A stretch of 64,000 nt of DNA from Mobula hypostoma (lineage: Eukaryota), in the NCBI RefSeq assembly GCF_963921235.1, contig NC_086097.1, positions 97,032,001 to 97,096,000 of the forward strand, written 5' to 3'. The position numbers were made by a program, and so were the translations under genes. Numbering within the stretch: position 1 is the stretch's first letter; the number at the start of each line of letters is the position of its first letter. Shown one piece after another: positions 1 to 13,097 of the stretch. The notes beneath the pieces were generated by a model. It searched no databases. It was not told where the DNA came from and saw nothing but the letters and a program-made list of their open reading frames with translations.

Positions 1-321
1 GAACTGGGACGGCTGGATTTCCAACAGTAATGAGCACTGCATGAGGAAGCCGAGGCAAGAGCCCGGGTCTCTCCGGCTTGGAAGATGTACTGGTTCCGCA
101 GAGCGAACGACTGGCTCTCCCAGGCGACTCTGATTTCCCCCTTGCGAAATTTGACAAACAGCTACCCGGAGGTCGTGTATCTCCCGGCTCTGTCTGGAAA
201 TCTTCTCGCTGGGACTGGTCACAGCGACGAGAGACACTAGTTAGCCCGCTGAGTTTATGCTGGCTCAAACGTAGTGTGATGAAAGTTCTTGACGACAATG
301 GTTTGGACCCAAATGCTGGAG

Positions 322-465
322 TATTGATTAGTCAGGGCACGAAGGGTTACGGGGAGAAAGCAGGAGACTGAGGTTGAGAGAGAAATAGATCAGCCATGAT
401 GAAATGGTGAAGTAGACTCAATGGGCCAAATGGCCTAATTCTGCTCCCATATCTCATGGCCTTAC
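322..465 (+). mobile_element. CR1 LINE 3' tail fragment
   Basis: Matches the CR1 3' ends seen elsewhere in the window (gatcagccatga...atgggccaaatggcctaattctgctcc). Confidence 0.6.
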
Positions 466-1444
466 AGACGTTAATGTGCCAAGCAGCATCCGTGGGAGTA
501 AAGGAATTGTTGATATTTCGGGTTGGGAACCTGCATCAGCACTGACAGGGGAGGAAGGTTGCTGGTATAAAGAGCGGAGGGTGAGGGTAAAGAATACTGG
601 GCAAATGGAGCCAGGTCTGCGAGGGGGAGAGTGAAGATGGGGGCAGCCACGAGTATGAAAAGTGGGAACACAAAGCATCTATGAGTGGTGCAATATGATA
701 AGTAAGGAAATGAACTATTAAGGAAGAGATGTAGGACGGATGAAACCAGATGAGGCAGGGGATCTGTCAAAATGTGTGGATAGTAGGAATATGCAACTCT
801 TCACAAGTATATCAATGCTTCATGTGCACAAAGCTTATATTACTCCCGAATCGTTTTAATTTTGTCTGACTGGATGTAACTAGATAGTGTTAACCACCTA
901 TTCAAAGACTCACCACATGTCCTTTTACAAGGTTATGTTAATACTAGGTGCAATAAGACTGTCTTACAGATTACAAAGCTTGGAAGGCTTATTCTCAGTC
1001 ATTGCTGTGGATATAACTGATGATTTGTTATCATCTTAGACTACACATGTATTACTGTGGACCACACAACCTGTGTTACGACTGATGCAGCGGAACAGAT
1101 GTGAATGTGACTCCTGACATCTCTTCTCATTTCTGGCATTGTATTGACCAAGCAGGAGGTCATAGAGACATAGAGTACTACAGCAAAGAACAAGGCACTT
1201 CAGCACATCTAGTCCAAGCCGAGTCCCACCAACCTGCACCAGGACAACCGTGCTCCACACCCCTCCCATCCATGTACTCATCCAAACTTCTCTTAAATAC
1301 TGAAACTGAACCCACATCCACCACTTCCCCGGCAGCTCGTTCCACATTCTTACCAACCTCTGAGTGTAGAAGTTCCCCCTCATGCTCCCTTTAAACATTT
1401 CACCTTTCACCCTCAACCCCTGATGTCTAGTTCTAGTTCCACCC

Positions 1445-1510
1445 AACCTCAGGAGAAAATACAATACATACTCATAAAACCTCAGGAGAAAATACAATAC
1501 ATACTCATAA
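1445..1510. repeat. Perfect 33-bp tandem duplication
   Basis: aacctcaggagaaaatacaatacatactcataa occurs twice (1445-1477, 1478-1510). Confidence 0.9.
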
Positions 1511-1646
1511 ATTTGCATACCTCTATCAACTCTCCCCTCGTTCTCCCACACTCCAGGGGAGTTCTAAACTATTCAGCTTTTTTCCTATAACTCAGGTCCT
1601 CAAGTCCTAGCAACATTGCTGTACTCTTTTAATCTTATTTTTAATC

Positions 1647-2527
1647 TGTTGTGGATAGTGTGGAGGGCTGTTAGAGGTTACAGTGGTCATTGATAGGGTG
1701 CAAAACTAGGCTGAGAAGTGGCAGGTGGAGTTCAACCCAGAGAAGTGTGAAGTGGTTCATTTTGCTAGGTCAAATATGATGACAGAATATAGTATTAATG
1801 GTAAGACTCTTGGCAGTGTGGAGGATCAGAGGGATCTTGGGGTCCAAGTTCATAGGACACTCAAGGCTGCTGCGCAGGTTGACTCTGTGGTTAAGAAAGC
1901 ATATGGTGTATTGGCCTTCATCAACCATGGGATTGAGTTTAGGAGCTGAGAGGTAATGTTGCAGCTATATAGGACCCTGGTTAGACCCCACTTGGAGTAC
2001 TGTGCTCAGTTCTGGTCGCCTCACTATAGGAAAGATGTGGAAACCATAGAAAGGGTGCAGAGGAGATTTACAAGGATGTTGCCTGGATTCGTGTGCATGA
2101 CTTACAAGAATAGGTTGAGTGAACTTGGCCTCTTTTCCTTGGAGCGACGGAGGATGAGAGGTGACCTGATAGAGGTGTATAAAATGATGAGAGGCATTGA
2201 TTGTGTGGATAGTCAGAGGCTGTTTCCCAGGGCTGGATTGGCTATCACGAGAGGGCACAGTTTTAAGGTGCTTGGAAGTAGGAAGTCGGGACTAAGTTTT
2301 TTGACGCAGAGAGTGGTGAGTGCATGGAATGGGCTGCCAACGATGGTGGTAGAGGTGGATACGACAGGGTCTTTTAAGAGACTCCTGGACATGTATATGA
2401 AACTCAGAAAAATAGAGGGCTCTGGGTAACCCTAGATAATTTCTCAGGTAAGGATATGTTCAGCACAGCTTTGTGGGCTGAAGGGCCTGTATTGTGCTGT
2501 AGGTTTTTCTATGTTTCTATGTTTCTT
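1647..2527 (+). mobile_element. 5'-truncated CR1 LINE (RT C-terminus plus tail)
   Basis: ORFs 1725..1949 and 1956..2429 ([19 protein letters not shown]) and a (TTTCTATG)n tail. Candidate TSD tcttatt at 1633-1639 and 2524-2530. Confidence 0.85.
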
Positions 2528-4370
2528 ATTGATATCTTTCTCGTAGATAGATGGACAGAACTTCGCATCTTGCTCCAAATTAGGTCTTCAACATGGCATC
2601 CAAACTCCCGTACTCAGTATTTTTATTTATAAAGGCTAATGTACCAAAAGCTCTCTTCACAACCCTACCTACCTGTGATGTCACTTTCAATGAATTATAG
2701 ATCTGTATTCTCAAATTCCTCTCTTCTACCTGTCACACGTTCACGCTATCAGATAATTACTCTTGACTCTGACCACATATTGCAACCACCAGGATTAACA
2801 CTTTCTGTCCTTCTGGGGTCTGGTAAAGGGTTTATCAACTGAAACATTATTTTTCCTTCCACTGCCTGATATACTTAGATATTTCATTATTTTCCATTCT
2901 CTATCTTTTTACCCCCTCCCCCCACATCTAGTTTACAGGGCAATTCGGCCATCTAACCTTTAACAACGTCCCTGTAACTATCCTCATTAAGCCATTTAAC
3001 TGCATCCAATCACGGGCATTCACTGTGTTTGACTTCCCTCCACCTTACCTCCGACTGGAAACTAACTTGCATCTTTCTTTTACCTAACCTGAATGGGCAC
3101 AGACTGAACTGAAAACTCGTTCCCTTTCGAACGCTGCCTATTACCAACATTTTCTCTTTGGCTTCAGATTTCCAATACCTGCAATTTTAATTATTTATTC
3201 TTTTTCAATTTGGTGTTATTAGGAAGACAAACTCTACTGCAGTAGATTCCACATATCAGGAAGTGAACAAAATATTCCATTTTTAAACTGGAGATCTTTA
3301 AGCAGATGCCCCAACGATAGCCGATGTCCCCGTCCATAGTTGTTGCTCTACCTGCTGAGTTCCACCGGCATTTTGTGAGTGGCCCAACAAATGGGCACGT
3401 TTAATGTGGAATACTGCAAGACTGGGCCATTGATTTATTGGCGAGACTGAAAGCGGGGGAGCTGCACGGCTTTGCCTTTTGCACGGACCAGGCCCTCATG
3501 CCACGGCACGGCCGGTTTCCAGCCGCCCAGGGAGCCGGTGTGGGAGAATCAGAAGCACAGGAGACACACTTCAGTACCTGCTGGGTCCCCTCCCATTCGT
3601 GCTGCACTCTAGTGTTCTCTCGGTAAAAGAAAAACTGGATTGCGTTCATCTGTGGTTACACTAGCTGTACGCTTGTTTTTGCAAGAACGTAGCCCCAGGA
3701 CAGCATCTCACGCACCATCAATCTCCATGCATGCCACTCAGAGACTTGGTTTGTAACTGTATTTTTTCTACTATGGTAACTATATGTGCCATGTGTACTG
3801 AGTGCTGTGTGTGATTGATCTTACTGTGTTTCGCACTTTGGCCCTCGAGGAGCTTTGTTTCATTTGGCAGAACACGTGTGATTGAATGACAATTAGACTT
3901 GAATTTGCATCGGTAACCCGGGGCGCATCACACGGCTTTCTACTGTATGTTCATTTGCTTATACATGGATAGAAAGGCAGGTACCGTTTGAAATGCACTT
4001 GACTCCGTGATGAATAAATGGCAAATACTGATTTCCACTGTTTCAAAATGAAGCGCGATCTTTAATTAGTAATTAGGTCTAAACTACCTGGATTATCTTC
4101 ATGAACAAAGGTACCACATTTGTTATTCTGCATTCAGCCAGGACCACACGGGTTGCCGATGAGGACACAGTTCTTTGTCAAACCAATCTCTTCACCTGCT
4201 GCTTTCAAAATGCACGGCATCGACAATCAGAATAAGCCCTTTGACCCACAGTGTCTCTGCTGACCATGGTACCAATCCAAACTGATTCCATCTGCATGCA
4301 CCTGGCCCATAGCTGTCCATTTCCTGCCTGTTCATATTCTTATCGAAAAGCCTCTTAAACATTGTTGTTG

Positions 4371-4735
4371 TATCTGCAGATGTTGGAAATCCAAAACAAC
4401 GCACACAAAATGCTGGGAGAACTAAGGAGAGCAGGCAGCATCTGTGGAAATGAATAAATAGTCGGTGTTTCAGGCCGGAACGCTTCTTCAGGACTGGAAA
4501 GGAAGGGGGAGGCACTGGAATAAAAAAAAAGTGAGTGCGGGAAAGGAGAATAGCTGGAAGGTGATAGGCGAAACCAGGTGAGTATGACAGCTAAACGAGA
4601 GGAAGGAATCTGATAGGAGAGGAGAGTGAACTTGTAGGAGGAAGGGATGGAGGAGGGGATCCAGAGGGAGGTGATCGGCAGGTGAGGAGAGGTAAAATGC
4701 CAGAGTGGGGAAAAGAGGAAATGGGGAAAATTGTA
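4371..4735 (-). mobile_element. Penelope-like terminal region with decayed hammerhead motif
   Basis: Contains the recurring ctgcagatg.tggaaatc...aaaatgctgg...gcaggcagcatc terminal sequence and a purine-rich tract. Reverse complement reads CTGAAGA...GAAACACC. Confidence 0.6.
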
Positions 4736-5384
4736 AGCTACTCATAGATTGTGGAACGAAACCACATGGATATTTGCTATCTGAGGCCATAATAGTCTTT
4801 GAACCATTTCTGACGTATAGAAAATTTGTATTGTGCTGGGCAATTTTGTAAAAATATTTTGCATCACAGTACCAGGTTTAAAGTTATAGCACAAAGTACC
4901 ATCAGCCGCTAGAAGGAACATTCGTGTTAACGGCAATAAATTAAACACTTTCCGTTTTAGTGTCTAATCTGTGAACTTTTCACCCAAATACAACTGAGAA
5001 GGCATGCAGTAGCAAAACTGAAAGCAATGCAACTAACAAGGTTGTTTAGGGCGCTTTATACAAGGAACTGTTTTGGTAATCTTGCAGTGGCCCTATCTTA
5101 TTCTGGCACGATCAATTGTCTGTGAGCTACTAGAAACTGTTTCCGTTCCGCTCTCTAGTTGTCAGTTCTCACCACGCAAGGAATGGCTGATCCCAGAGGC
5201 CCCGCTCGACTTGTGTGTAACAGTAGCCGAGCCGGGAATCGCCTGTTAATGATCACTGCACCCGTTGGGAATTAGCATCTCAGGATCCTGGACATTTTGG
5301 CGTCCTTCCAGAGGATCCAGCCACAGTTGCAAGATGGAGTGTTAAGTATTGATTTACTCACTTACTGAGCGTGGAACAAGCTCT

Positions 5385-6325
5385 TCCGGCCCTTCGAGCC
5401 GTGCAGACCAGCAACCCCTTCTCCCGTCGCCAACCCTCCTGCTCTTCATGGACACCTCGCTCTGGTCTTCTGCCTGCTCTGGATCTCTTTATTGCTAACT
5501 GCCGACGGGACATCAACCGTCTCGACTTCACCGCACCTAGCTCCAATTCCAACCTCAGTCCTTCCGAACGCTCCGCTCTCCACTCCCTCCGCACCAATCC
5601 TAACCTTACTATAAAACCCGCTGATAAGGGGGGCACTGTTGTAGTCTGGCGGACTGACCTCTACCATGACAATTCACCTGTGAGTCAGCTGGTGTGATAT
5701 ACTGTGTCCGGTGCGGCCGTCTGCATATCGGTGAGACCCGACGCAGACTGGGAGACCGTTTCGATGAACGAGACCGTTCCGCCAGCGGAAGCAGGATCTC
5801 CCAGTGGCCACACTTTTTAATTCCACGTCCCATTCCCATTCTGATATGTCAATCCATGGCCTTCTCTAGTGTCGAGATGAAGCCACACTCAGGTTGGAGG
5901 AACAACACCTTATATTCCGTATGGGTAGCCTCCAACCTGATGGCATGAACATTGATTTCTCTAACTTCCGCTAATGCCCCTCCTCCCCTTCTTACCCCAT
6001 CCTATATTTTATTTATTCATTTGTTATTTCCCCCTTTTTCTCTCTCTTTCTTTCCCTCTCACAATCACTCCTTGCCTGCTCTCCATCTTCCTCTGGTGCT
6101 CGCCTCCCCCTTTCTTCCTCCCGTGTCTCCAACTTTGTTTCCTCCCAGCTCTTGGCTCCATCCCTCCCCTCCTGTCTTCTCCTATCATTTCGGATCTCCC
6201 CTTCCCCCTCCCTCTTTCAAATCTCTTACTAGCTCTTCTTTCAGTTAGTCCTGATGAAGGGTCTCGGCCCAAGACGTCGACTGTACCTCTTCCTGTAGAT
6301 GCTGCCTGGCCTGCTGTTCTACAAG
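5385..6325 (+). mobile_element. Internally deleted Penelope-like element
   Basis: RT N-terminal IKPADKGGTVVVWRTDLY is joined directly to the GIY-YIG region IYCVRCGRLHIGETRRRLGDRF. A pyrimidine tract and a mutated hammerhead motif (6247-6282) follow. Confidence 0.85.
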
Positions 6326-6365
6326 TATTTTCTCTGTGACCCTCGATTTAACCCTTGCCAACTCA

Positions 6366-7023
6366 CGGGACAGTGAGAAAAGGGCATGCCCTGGGTGCTG
6401 GAGGTCTTTAATAATGGATGCTGCGTTTCTGACACACCACTCCCTAAAGATGTCCTGGGTGCTTTGTAGGCTAGTGCCCAAGATGGAGCTGACTAGATTT
6501 ACAACCTTCTGCAGCTTCTTTCAGTCCTGTGGTGTAGCCCCTCCATACCAGACAGTGATGCAGCCTGTCAGAATGCTCTCCATGGTACAACTATAGAAGT
6601 TTTTGAGTGTATTTGTTGACATGCCAAATCGCTTCAAACTCCTGATAAAGTATAGCCACTGTCTTGCCTTCTTTATGAATACATCAATATGTTGGGACCA
6701 GGTTAGATCCTCAGATATTTTGACACACAGGAACTTGAAGCTGCTCACTCTCTCCACTTCTGATCCCTCTATGAGGATTGGAACAGTATGTGTTCCTTCG
6801 TCTTACCCTTCCTGAATTCCAAGATCAGCTCTTTCGTCTTACTGACGTTGAGTGCCAGGTCACTGTTGCGGCACCACTCCACTAGTTGGCTTATCTCACT
6901 CCTGTACGCCCTCTCGTCACCATCTGAGGTTCTACCAACAATGGTTGTATCGTCAGCAAATTTGTAGATGGTATTTGAGCTATGCCTAACCACACAGTCA
7001 TGTGTATACAGAGAGTAGAGCAG
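6366..7023 (-). mobile_element. Rex1/Babar-type LINE RT fragment
   Basis: YKFADDTTIVG, LNVSKTKELILEFRK and ERVSSFKFL...KKARQWLYFIR motifs. Confidence 0.8.
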
Positions 7024-7300
7024 TATGTTTCTATAAGATTGCTCATCCTTCTGAATTCCAGCGAGTACAGTCCCAGGTGACTCAATCTCTCCTCATAGTC
7101 TAATCCCCTCATCTCTGGAATCAAACTGGTGAACCTCCTGTGCACTGCCTCCAAAGCCTTCCTCAATTAAGGAGAGCAGAACCTCATGCAGTACTCCAGG
7201 TGCGGCCTTACCAGTACCCTAAGCAGATGCAGCATAACCGCCCCCCCCCCCACCGCCCCACCGTTCTTAAATTCAATTCCTCTAGCAATGAAAGCCACCG
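7024..7300 (-). mobile_element. CR1 RT C-terminal fragment
   Basis: LVRPHLEYC and RRFTSLIPEMRGLDYEERL motifs. Confidence 0.7.
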
Positions 7301-8187
7301 TAATGTCCGTGTCCCTGCCGCATAAAAAGCAAAGAATTTGAGTCTGCGGAATCTTAGAGACAGAAAAGTGCGGATGTTGCAATTTGGAAATAAAAGCAGA
7401 AAATTGTGGAAATACTCAGCAAGCCAAGTGACATCTGCAGAGATAGAAGCAGAGTTAACGACTTCGGTCGATGACCTACAATTGGAATTTTAATTGCAGA
7501 ATCATCTTGGATGAGAAGTTCAGATGCTCAGCATCGTTCTTCCAGGACATTTTGCAAAACTTTATCTTATAGTGCTGCAATGAGCCAGTTATTGTTAGTG
7601 CGACATCCCAAATATGTTTGCGCCACGAGTAAGTTATCAATTCCCTACGTCATGTCAAATGAAGGTACAGGATTTTTTGAGAGCTAACGTAGAGGTGCTA
7701 GGCTGAAAGAGGTCTTTTATTGTGGAAAGTGAATATGAAACACAAACAGCTCCAATTTAGCAGCAGCAAAATTATACGTTTGAGTCGCTCATTTACCTGA
7801 ATTATATTCACCCCCAGGCATTTACGACAAATTAAATCAATTTCACAATTGGCAGCAACGTAAGCTGCTATGGGAAATTACATAAATCTATGCCAGAGAG
7901 ATTACAAAGCGTGTATTTCAGTATTACTTTTTTAGGCATTGAAAAATAACCGGTGAGTTTATCAACAAGGTAACCAAAATTCACTTGCAGAAACACGCAC
8001 CCATACTCTGTTCTGCGTCTGTTGCAGGGACTGGTAGGATCTTCTACATTACAGGAAAGATATATAGAAAACACGGCACTCGAGATTCATCAAGATGTTG
8101 CTATCTGTAAAATTTGCAAGTTGCTTTCTTCGGGGCAAAATAATATTGTGTGCGTGTGTGTGGCGGGGGAGCGCGGTGGAGTGAGGG

Positions 8188-8300
8188 GGCAATGGCGCAA
8201 TTAGAGTTGAAGTATTGCTTCGAAGTGTCGGAGACTCGAGTTCAATGCAGACCTCGGGTGCTGTCCGTGTTCTCCCGAAAACTGCGTGAGTCTCCTCTGG
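8188..8300 (+). mobile_element. Degenerate tRNA-derived SINE head
   Basis: A-box-like TGGCGCAATTAG and B-box-like GAGTTCAATGC, followed by decayed V-SINE-like sequence. Confidence 0.4.
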
Positions 8301-9315
8301 CTGCAGGACTTATTCGGGTCGGCTGGAGGACGCCAGGTGCTTGGATCCCAACACCTGAAAGACTGAGGGTGTATCAACGGCAGAAACCCTCGCCACAGTT
8401 ACCGCCTAGATCCGCGGGACATGGATTGGGCCAGGTGTTGCAATTCTTTCTCGGCTGCCACAGAAACGGCATGCGGCGCATTCTCTTGTACCGTGGAAGA
8501 AAACTAAAATGGAACCTGCACATTCTGCAACTCAGAAATAAACACACAAACAAAAACAAAATTGCTGAATAGGGCAGGCGGCATCAGTAGAAGAGAAACG
8601 GTGTTTTTTTTTAGCTCGAAGATCCTTCTTCGAAACAGAAGCACAGGTATCTACCATTCGGCTTCACACCTGCACGAAAGCAGGGCTTCAACAGCTCCCA
8701 CAGGTAAAGGAGACAGTGTTAGCAATTTCCATTTCACATGCAGAAGAGTAAACACAAGAGATTCTGCAGATGTTGAAAATACAGAACAATACAAGCAAAA
8801 TGCTGGAAGAACTCAGCAGGTCAGGTAACATCTATGGAGAGGAATAAAACAGTCGACGTTCTTTCTTGTAAAATTTATGCCTGCTGGCCGTCCAATATAA
8901 GGTGCATTACTGCCTTCTGCTGAGGTGAAGTGTGATGCAAAGAGACAGGAAGTAGTCTACCCATCAATTTCTGCCCCGCCCCAAAAAACACCTCAAATAA
9001 TGTCAAAAAGTCTAATGTTTTTTCGGAAAGTTAAATATGTACTTGCAGTATGTACATTACGATGGCAGTGATATCCTAACAAATTTTCCATGTTCAGCCG
9101 TCTTTGTCCCAAAGGTCTCAAATTAGCAACTACATATTTCCTTTGCAGCTCATAGGAACTGCATTCAAACAACTTATGCTGCACCGTTTCTTGACAAGTG
9201 CACTCTCTACAAATGCCAGATCATGCATATTAATTCTGAACGAGGAATTATTCAACCTAGCTTGTCCAATCTGTAAACGTCTATGATTAACTTCTTCCTT
9301 TCTTTTTATACTCTT

Positions 9316-12300
9316 ACATAGAAAACATAGAAACATAGAAAATAGGTGCAGGAGTAGGCCATTCGGCCCTTCGACCCTGCACCGCCATTTATTATGATCA
9401 TGGCTGATCATCCAACTCAGAACCCTGCCCCAGCCTTCCCTCCATGCCCCCTGATCCCCGTAGCCACAAGGGCCAAATCTAATTCCCTCTTAAATATAGC
9501 CAATGAACTGGCCTCAACTGTTTCCTGTGGCAGAGAATTCCACAGATTCATCACTCTCTGTGTGAAGAAGTTTTTCCTAATCTCGGTCCTAAAAGGCTTC
9601 CCCTTTATCCTCAAACTGTGACCCCTCGTTCTGGACTTCCCCAACATTGGGAATAATCTTCCTGCATCTAGCCTGTCCAATCCCTTTAGAATCTTATACG
9701 TTTCAATCAGATCCCCCCTCAATCTTCTAAATTCCAACGAGTACAAGCCCAGTTCATCCAGTCTTTCTTCATATGAAAGTCCTGCCATCCCAGGAATCAA
9801 TCTGGTGAACCTTCTTTGTACTCCCCCTATGGCAAGGATGTCTTTCCTCAGATTAGGGGACCAAAACTGCACACAATACTCCAGGTGTGGTCTCACCAAG
9901 GCCTTGTACAACTGCAGTAGTACCTCCCTGCTCCTGTACTCGAATCCTCTCGCTATAAATGCCAGCATACCATTCACCCTTTTCACCGCCTGCTGTACCT
10001 GCATGCCCACTTTCAATGACTGGTGTATAATGACACCCAGGTCTCGTTGCACCTCCCCTTTTCCTAATCGGCCACCATTCAGATAATAATCTGTTTTCCT
10101 ATTTTTGCCACCAAAGTGGATAACTTCACATTTATCCACATTAAATTGCATCTGCCATGAATTTGCCCACTCACCCAACCTATCCAAGTCACTCTGCATC
10201 CTCTTAGCATCCTCCTCACAGCTAACACTGCCACCCAGCTTCGTGTCATCCACAAACTTGGAGATGCTGCATTTAATTCCCTCATCCAAGTCATTAATAT
10301 ATATTGTAAACAACTGGGGTCCTAGCGCTGAGCCTTGCGGTACCCCACTAGTCACTGCCTGCCATTCTGAAAAGGTCCCGTTTATTCCCACTCTTTGCTT
10401 CCTGTCTGCTAACCAATTCTCCATCCACATCAATACCTTACCCCCAATACCGTGTGCTTTAAGTTTGCACACTAATCTCCTGTGTGGGGCCTTGTCAAAA
10501 GCCTTTTGAAAATCCAAATATACCACATCCACTGGTTCTCCCCTATCCACTCTACTAGTTACATCCTCAAAAAATTCTATGAGATTCGTCAGACATGATT
10601 TTCCTTTCACAATTCCATGCTGACTTTGTTCGATCATTTCACCGCTTTCCAAATGTGCTGTTATCACATCCTTGATAACTGACTCCAGCAGTTTCCCCAC
10701 CACCGACGTTAGGCTAACCGGTCTATAATTCCCCAGTTTCTCTCTCCCTCCTTTTTTAAAAAGTGGGGTTACATTAGCCACCCTCCAATCCTCAGGAACT
10801 AGTCCAGAATCTAACGAGTTTTCAAAAATTATCACTAATGCATCCACTATTTCTTGGGCTACTTCCTTAAGCACTCTGGGATGCAGACCATCTGGCCCTG
10901 GGGATTTATCTGCCTTCAATCCCTTCAATTTACGTAACACCACTTCCCTACTAACATGTATTTTGCTCAGTTCCTCCACCTCACTGGACCCTCTGTCCCC
11001 TACTATTTCTGGAAGATTATTTATGTCCTCCTTAGTGAAGACAGAACCAAAGTAATTATTCAATTGGTCTGCCATGTCCTTGCTCCCCATAATCAATTCA
11101 CCTGTTTCTGTCTGTAGGGGACCTACATTTGTCTTCACCAGTCTTTTCCCTTTTACATATCTATAAAAGCTTTTGCAGTCAGTTTTTATGTTCCCTGCCA
11201 GTTTTCTCTCATAATCTTTTTTCCCCTTCCTAATTAAGCCCTTTGTCCTCCTCTGCTGAACTCTGAATTTCTCCCAGTCCTCAGTTGAGCCACTTTTTCT
11301 GGCTAATTTGTATGCTTCTTCTTTGGAATTGATACTATCCCTAATTTCTCTTGTCAACCACGGGTGCACTACCTTCCTTGATTTATTCTTTTGCCAAACT
11401 GGGATGAACAATTGTTGTAGTTCATCGATGCAATCTTTAAATGCTTGCCATTGAATATCCACCGTCAATCCTTTAAGTGTCATTTGCCAGTCTATCTTAG
11501 CTAATTCACGTCTCGTACCTTCAAAGTTACCCCTCTTTAATTTCAGAACCTTTGTTTCTGAATTAACTATGTCACTCTCCATCTTAACGAAGAATTCCAC
11601 CATATTATGGTCACTCTTACCCAAGGGGCCTCTCACGACAAGATTGCTAATTAACCCTTCCTCATTGTTCAAAACCCAGTCCAGAATAGCCTGCTCTCTA
11701 GTTGGTTCCTCGACATGTTGGTTCAAAAAAACCATCGCGCATACATTCCAAGAAATCCTCTTCCTCAGCACCTTTACCAATTTGGTTCACCCAATCTACA
11801 TGTAGATTGAAGTCACCCATTATAACTGTTGTTCCTTTATTGCACACATTTCTAATTTCCTGTTTAATACCATCTCCGACCTCACTACTACTGTTAGGTG
11901 GCCTGTACACAACTCCCACCAGCGTTTTCTGCCCCTTAGTGTTACACAGCTCTACCCATATCGATTCCACATCTTCCCGGCTTATGTCCTTCCTTTCTAT
12001 TGCGTTAATCTCCTCTTTAACCAGCAACGCCACCTCACCTCCCCTTCCTTCATGTCTATCCCTCCTGAATATTGAATATCCCTGAACGTTGAGCTCCCAT
12101 CCTTGGTCACCCTGGAGCCATGTCTCTGTGATCCCAACTATATCATAATCATTAATAACAATCTGCACTTTCAATTCATCCACCTTATTACGAATGCTCC
12201 TTGCATTGACACACAAAGCCTTCAGGCGCTCTTTTACAATTCTCTTAGCCCTTATACAATTATGTTGAAAAGTGGCCCTTTTTAATGCTTGCCCTGGATT

Positions 12301-12830
12301 TGTCGGCCTGCCACTTTTACCTTTCTCCTTAGTACTTTTTGCTTCTACCCTCACTTTACACCCCTCTGTCTCTCTGCACCGGTTCCCATCCCCCTGTTGT
12401 GAACTAACCTCCTCACGCCTAGCCTCTTTAATTTGATTCCCACCCCCCAACCATTCTAGTTTAAAGTCACCTCAGTAGCCCTCACTAATCTCCCTGCCAG
12501 GATATTGGTCCCCCTAGGATTCAAGTGTAACCCGTCCTTTTTGTACAGGTCATGCCTGCGCCAAAAGAGGTCCCAATGATCCAAAAACTTGAATCCCTTC
12601 CCCCTGCTCCAATCCCTCAGCCACGCATTTATCCTCCACCTCATCGCATTCCTACTCTCACTGTCGCGTGGCACAGGCAGTAATCCCGAGATTACTACCT
12701 TTGCGGTCCTTTTTCTCAACTCCCTTCCTAGCTCCCTATATTCTCCTTTCAGGACCTCATCCCTTTTCCTACCTATGTCATTGGTACCTATATGTACCAC
12801 GACCTCTGGCTCCTCACCCTCCCACTTCAG
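9316..12830 (-). mobile_element. Young CR1 LINE: ORF1 esterase C-terminus, near-complete ORF2 (APE + RT) and tail
   Basis: ORF1 12456..12845 has SGNH-esterase blocks (GTND, DGLH). ORF2 is 11698..12450 plus 9417..11780, separated by one extra base in an A7 run at 11725-11731. RT motif FVDD. (TTTCTATG)n tail at 9316-9342. Confidence 0.95.
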
Positions 12831-13097
12831 TTGTGTTCCTGCCATCCTCAGAATTCTATATATAGATGTTGTACTTTCTTTTCTTTATCCCAACTTTGTT
12901 GTCACACTGATTGAATAGACATTTTAATTATGTTTTTCACCATCACCCCTCAAGCAAAGGCACCACTACATTTATATCCTTTATTTTAAGTGATTACTTG
13001 GCAAGAATGTCTGTCACCTCGTTTCCTTCAATCCCAACATGGGCAGCAACCCGTATGAAGTGTATACACAGATCTAGACCCTGCATCCTCAATAGAT

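Larger units (their letters stand above)
1160..2730 (-). mobile_element. Degenerate CR1 3' fragment, split by a nested + strand CR1
   Basis: Minus-strand ORF 1036..1551 carries RVKGEMFKGSMRGNFYTQRLVRMWNELP. The element resumes after 2527. Confidence 0.65.

Noticed and set aside
5974..6339. Hydrophobic Leu/Pro/Phe-rich ORFs suggesting membrane proteins (also at 15.3, 28.6, 49.2 and 62.4 kb)
   Set aside because: They are translations of the CT-rich non-coding tract in Penelope terminal regions.
8374..8559. Cys-rich 61-aa ORF resembling a secreted peptide
   Set aside because: It starts within Penelope terminal repeat sequence at a non-ATG codon. No recognisable family or exon structure.
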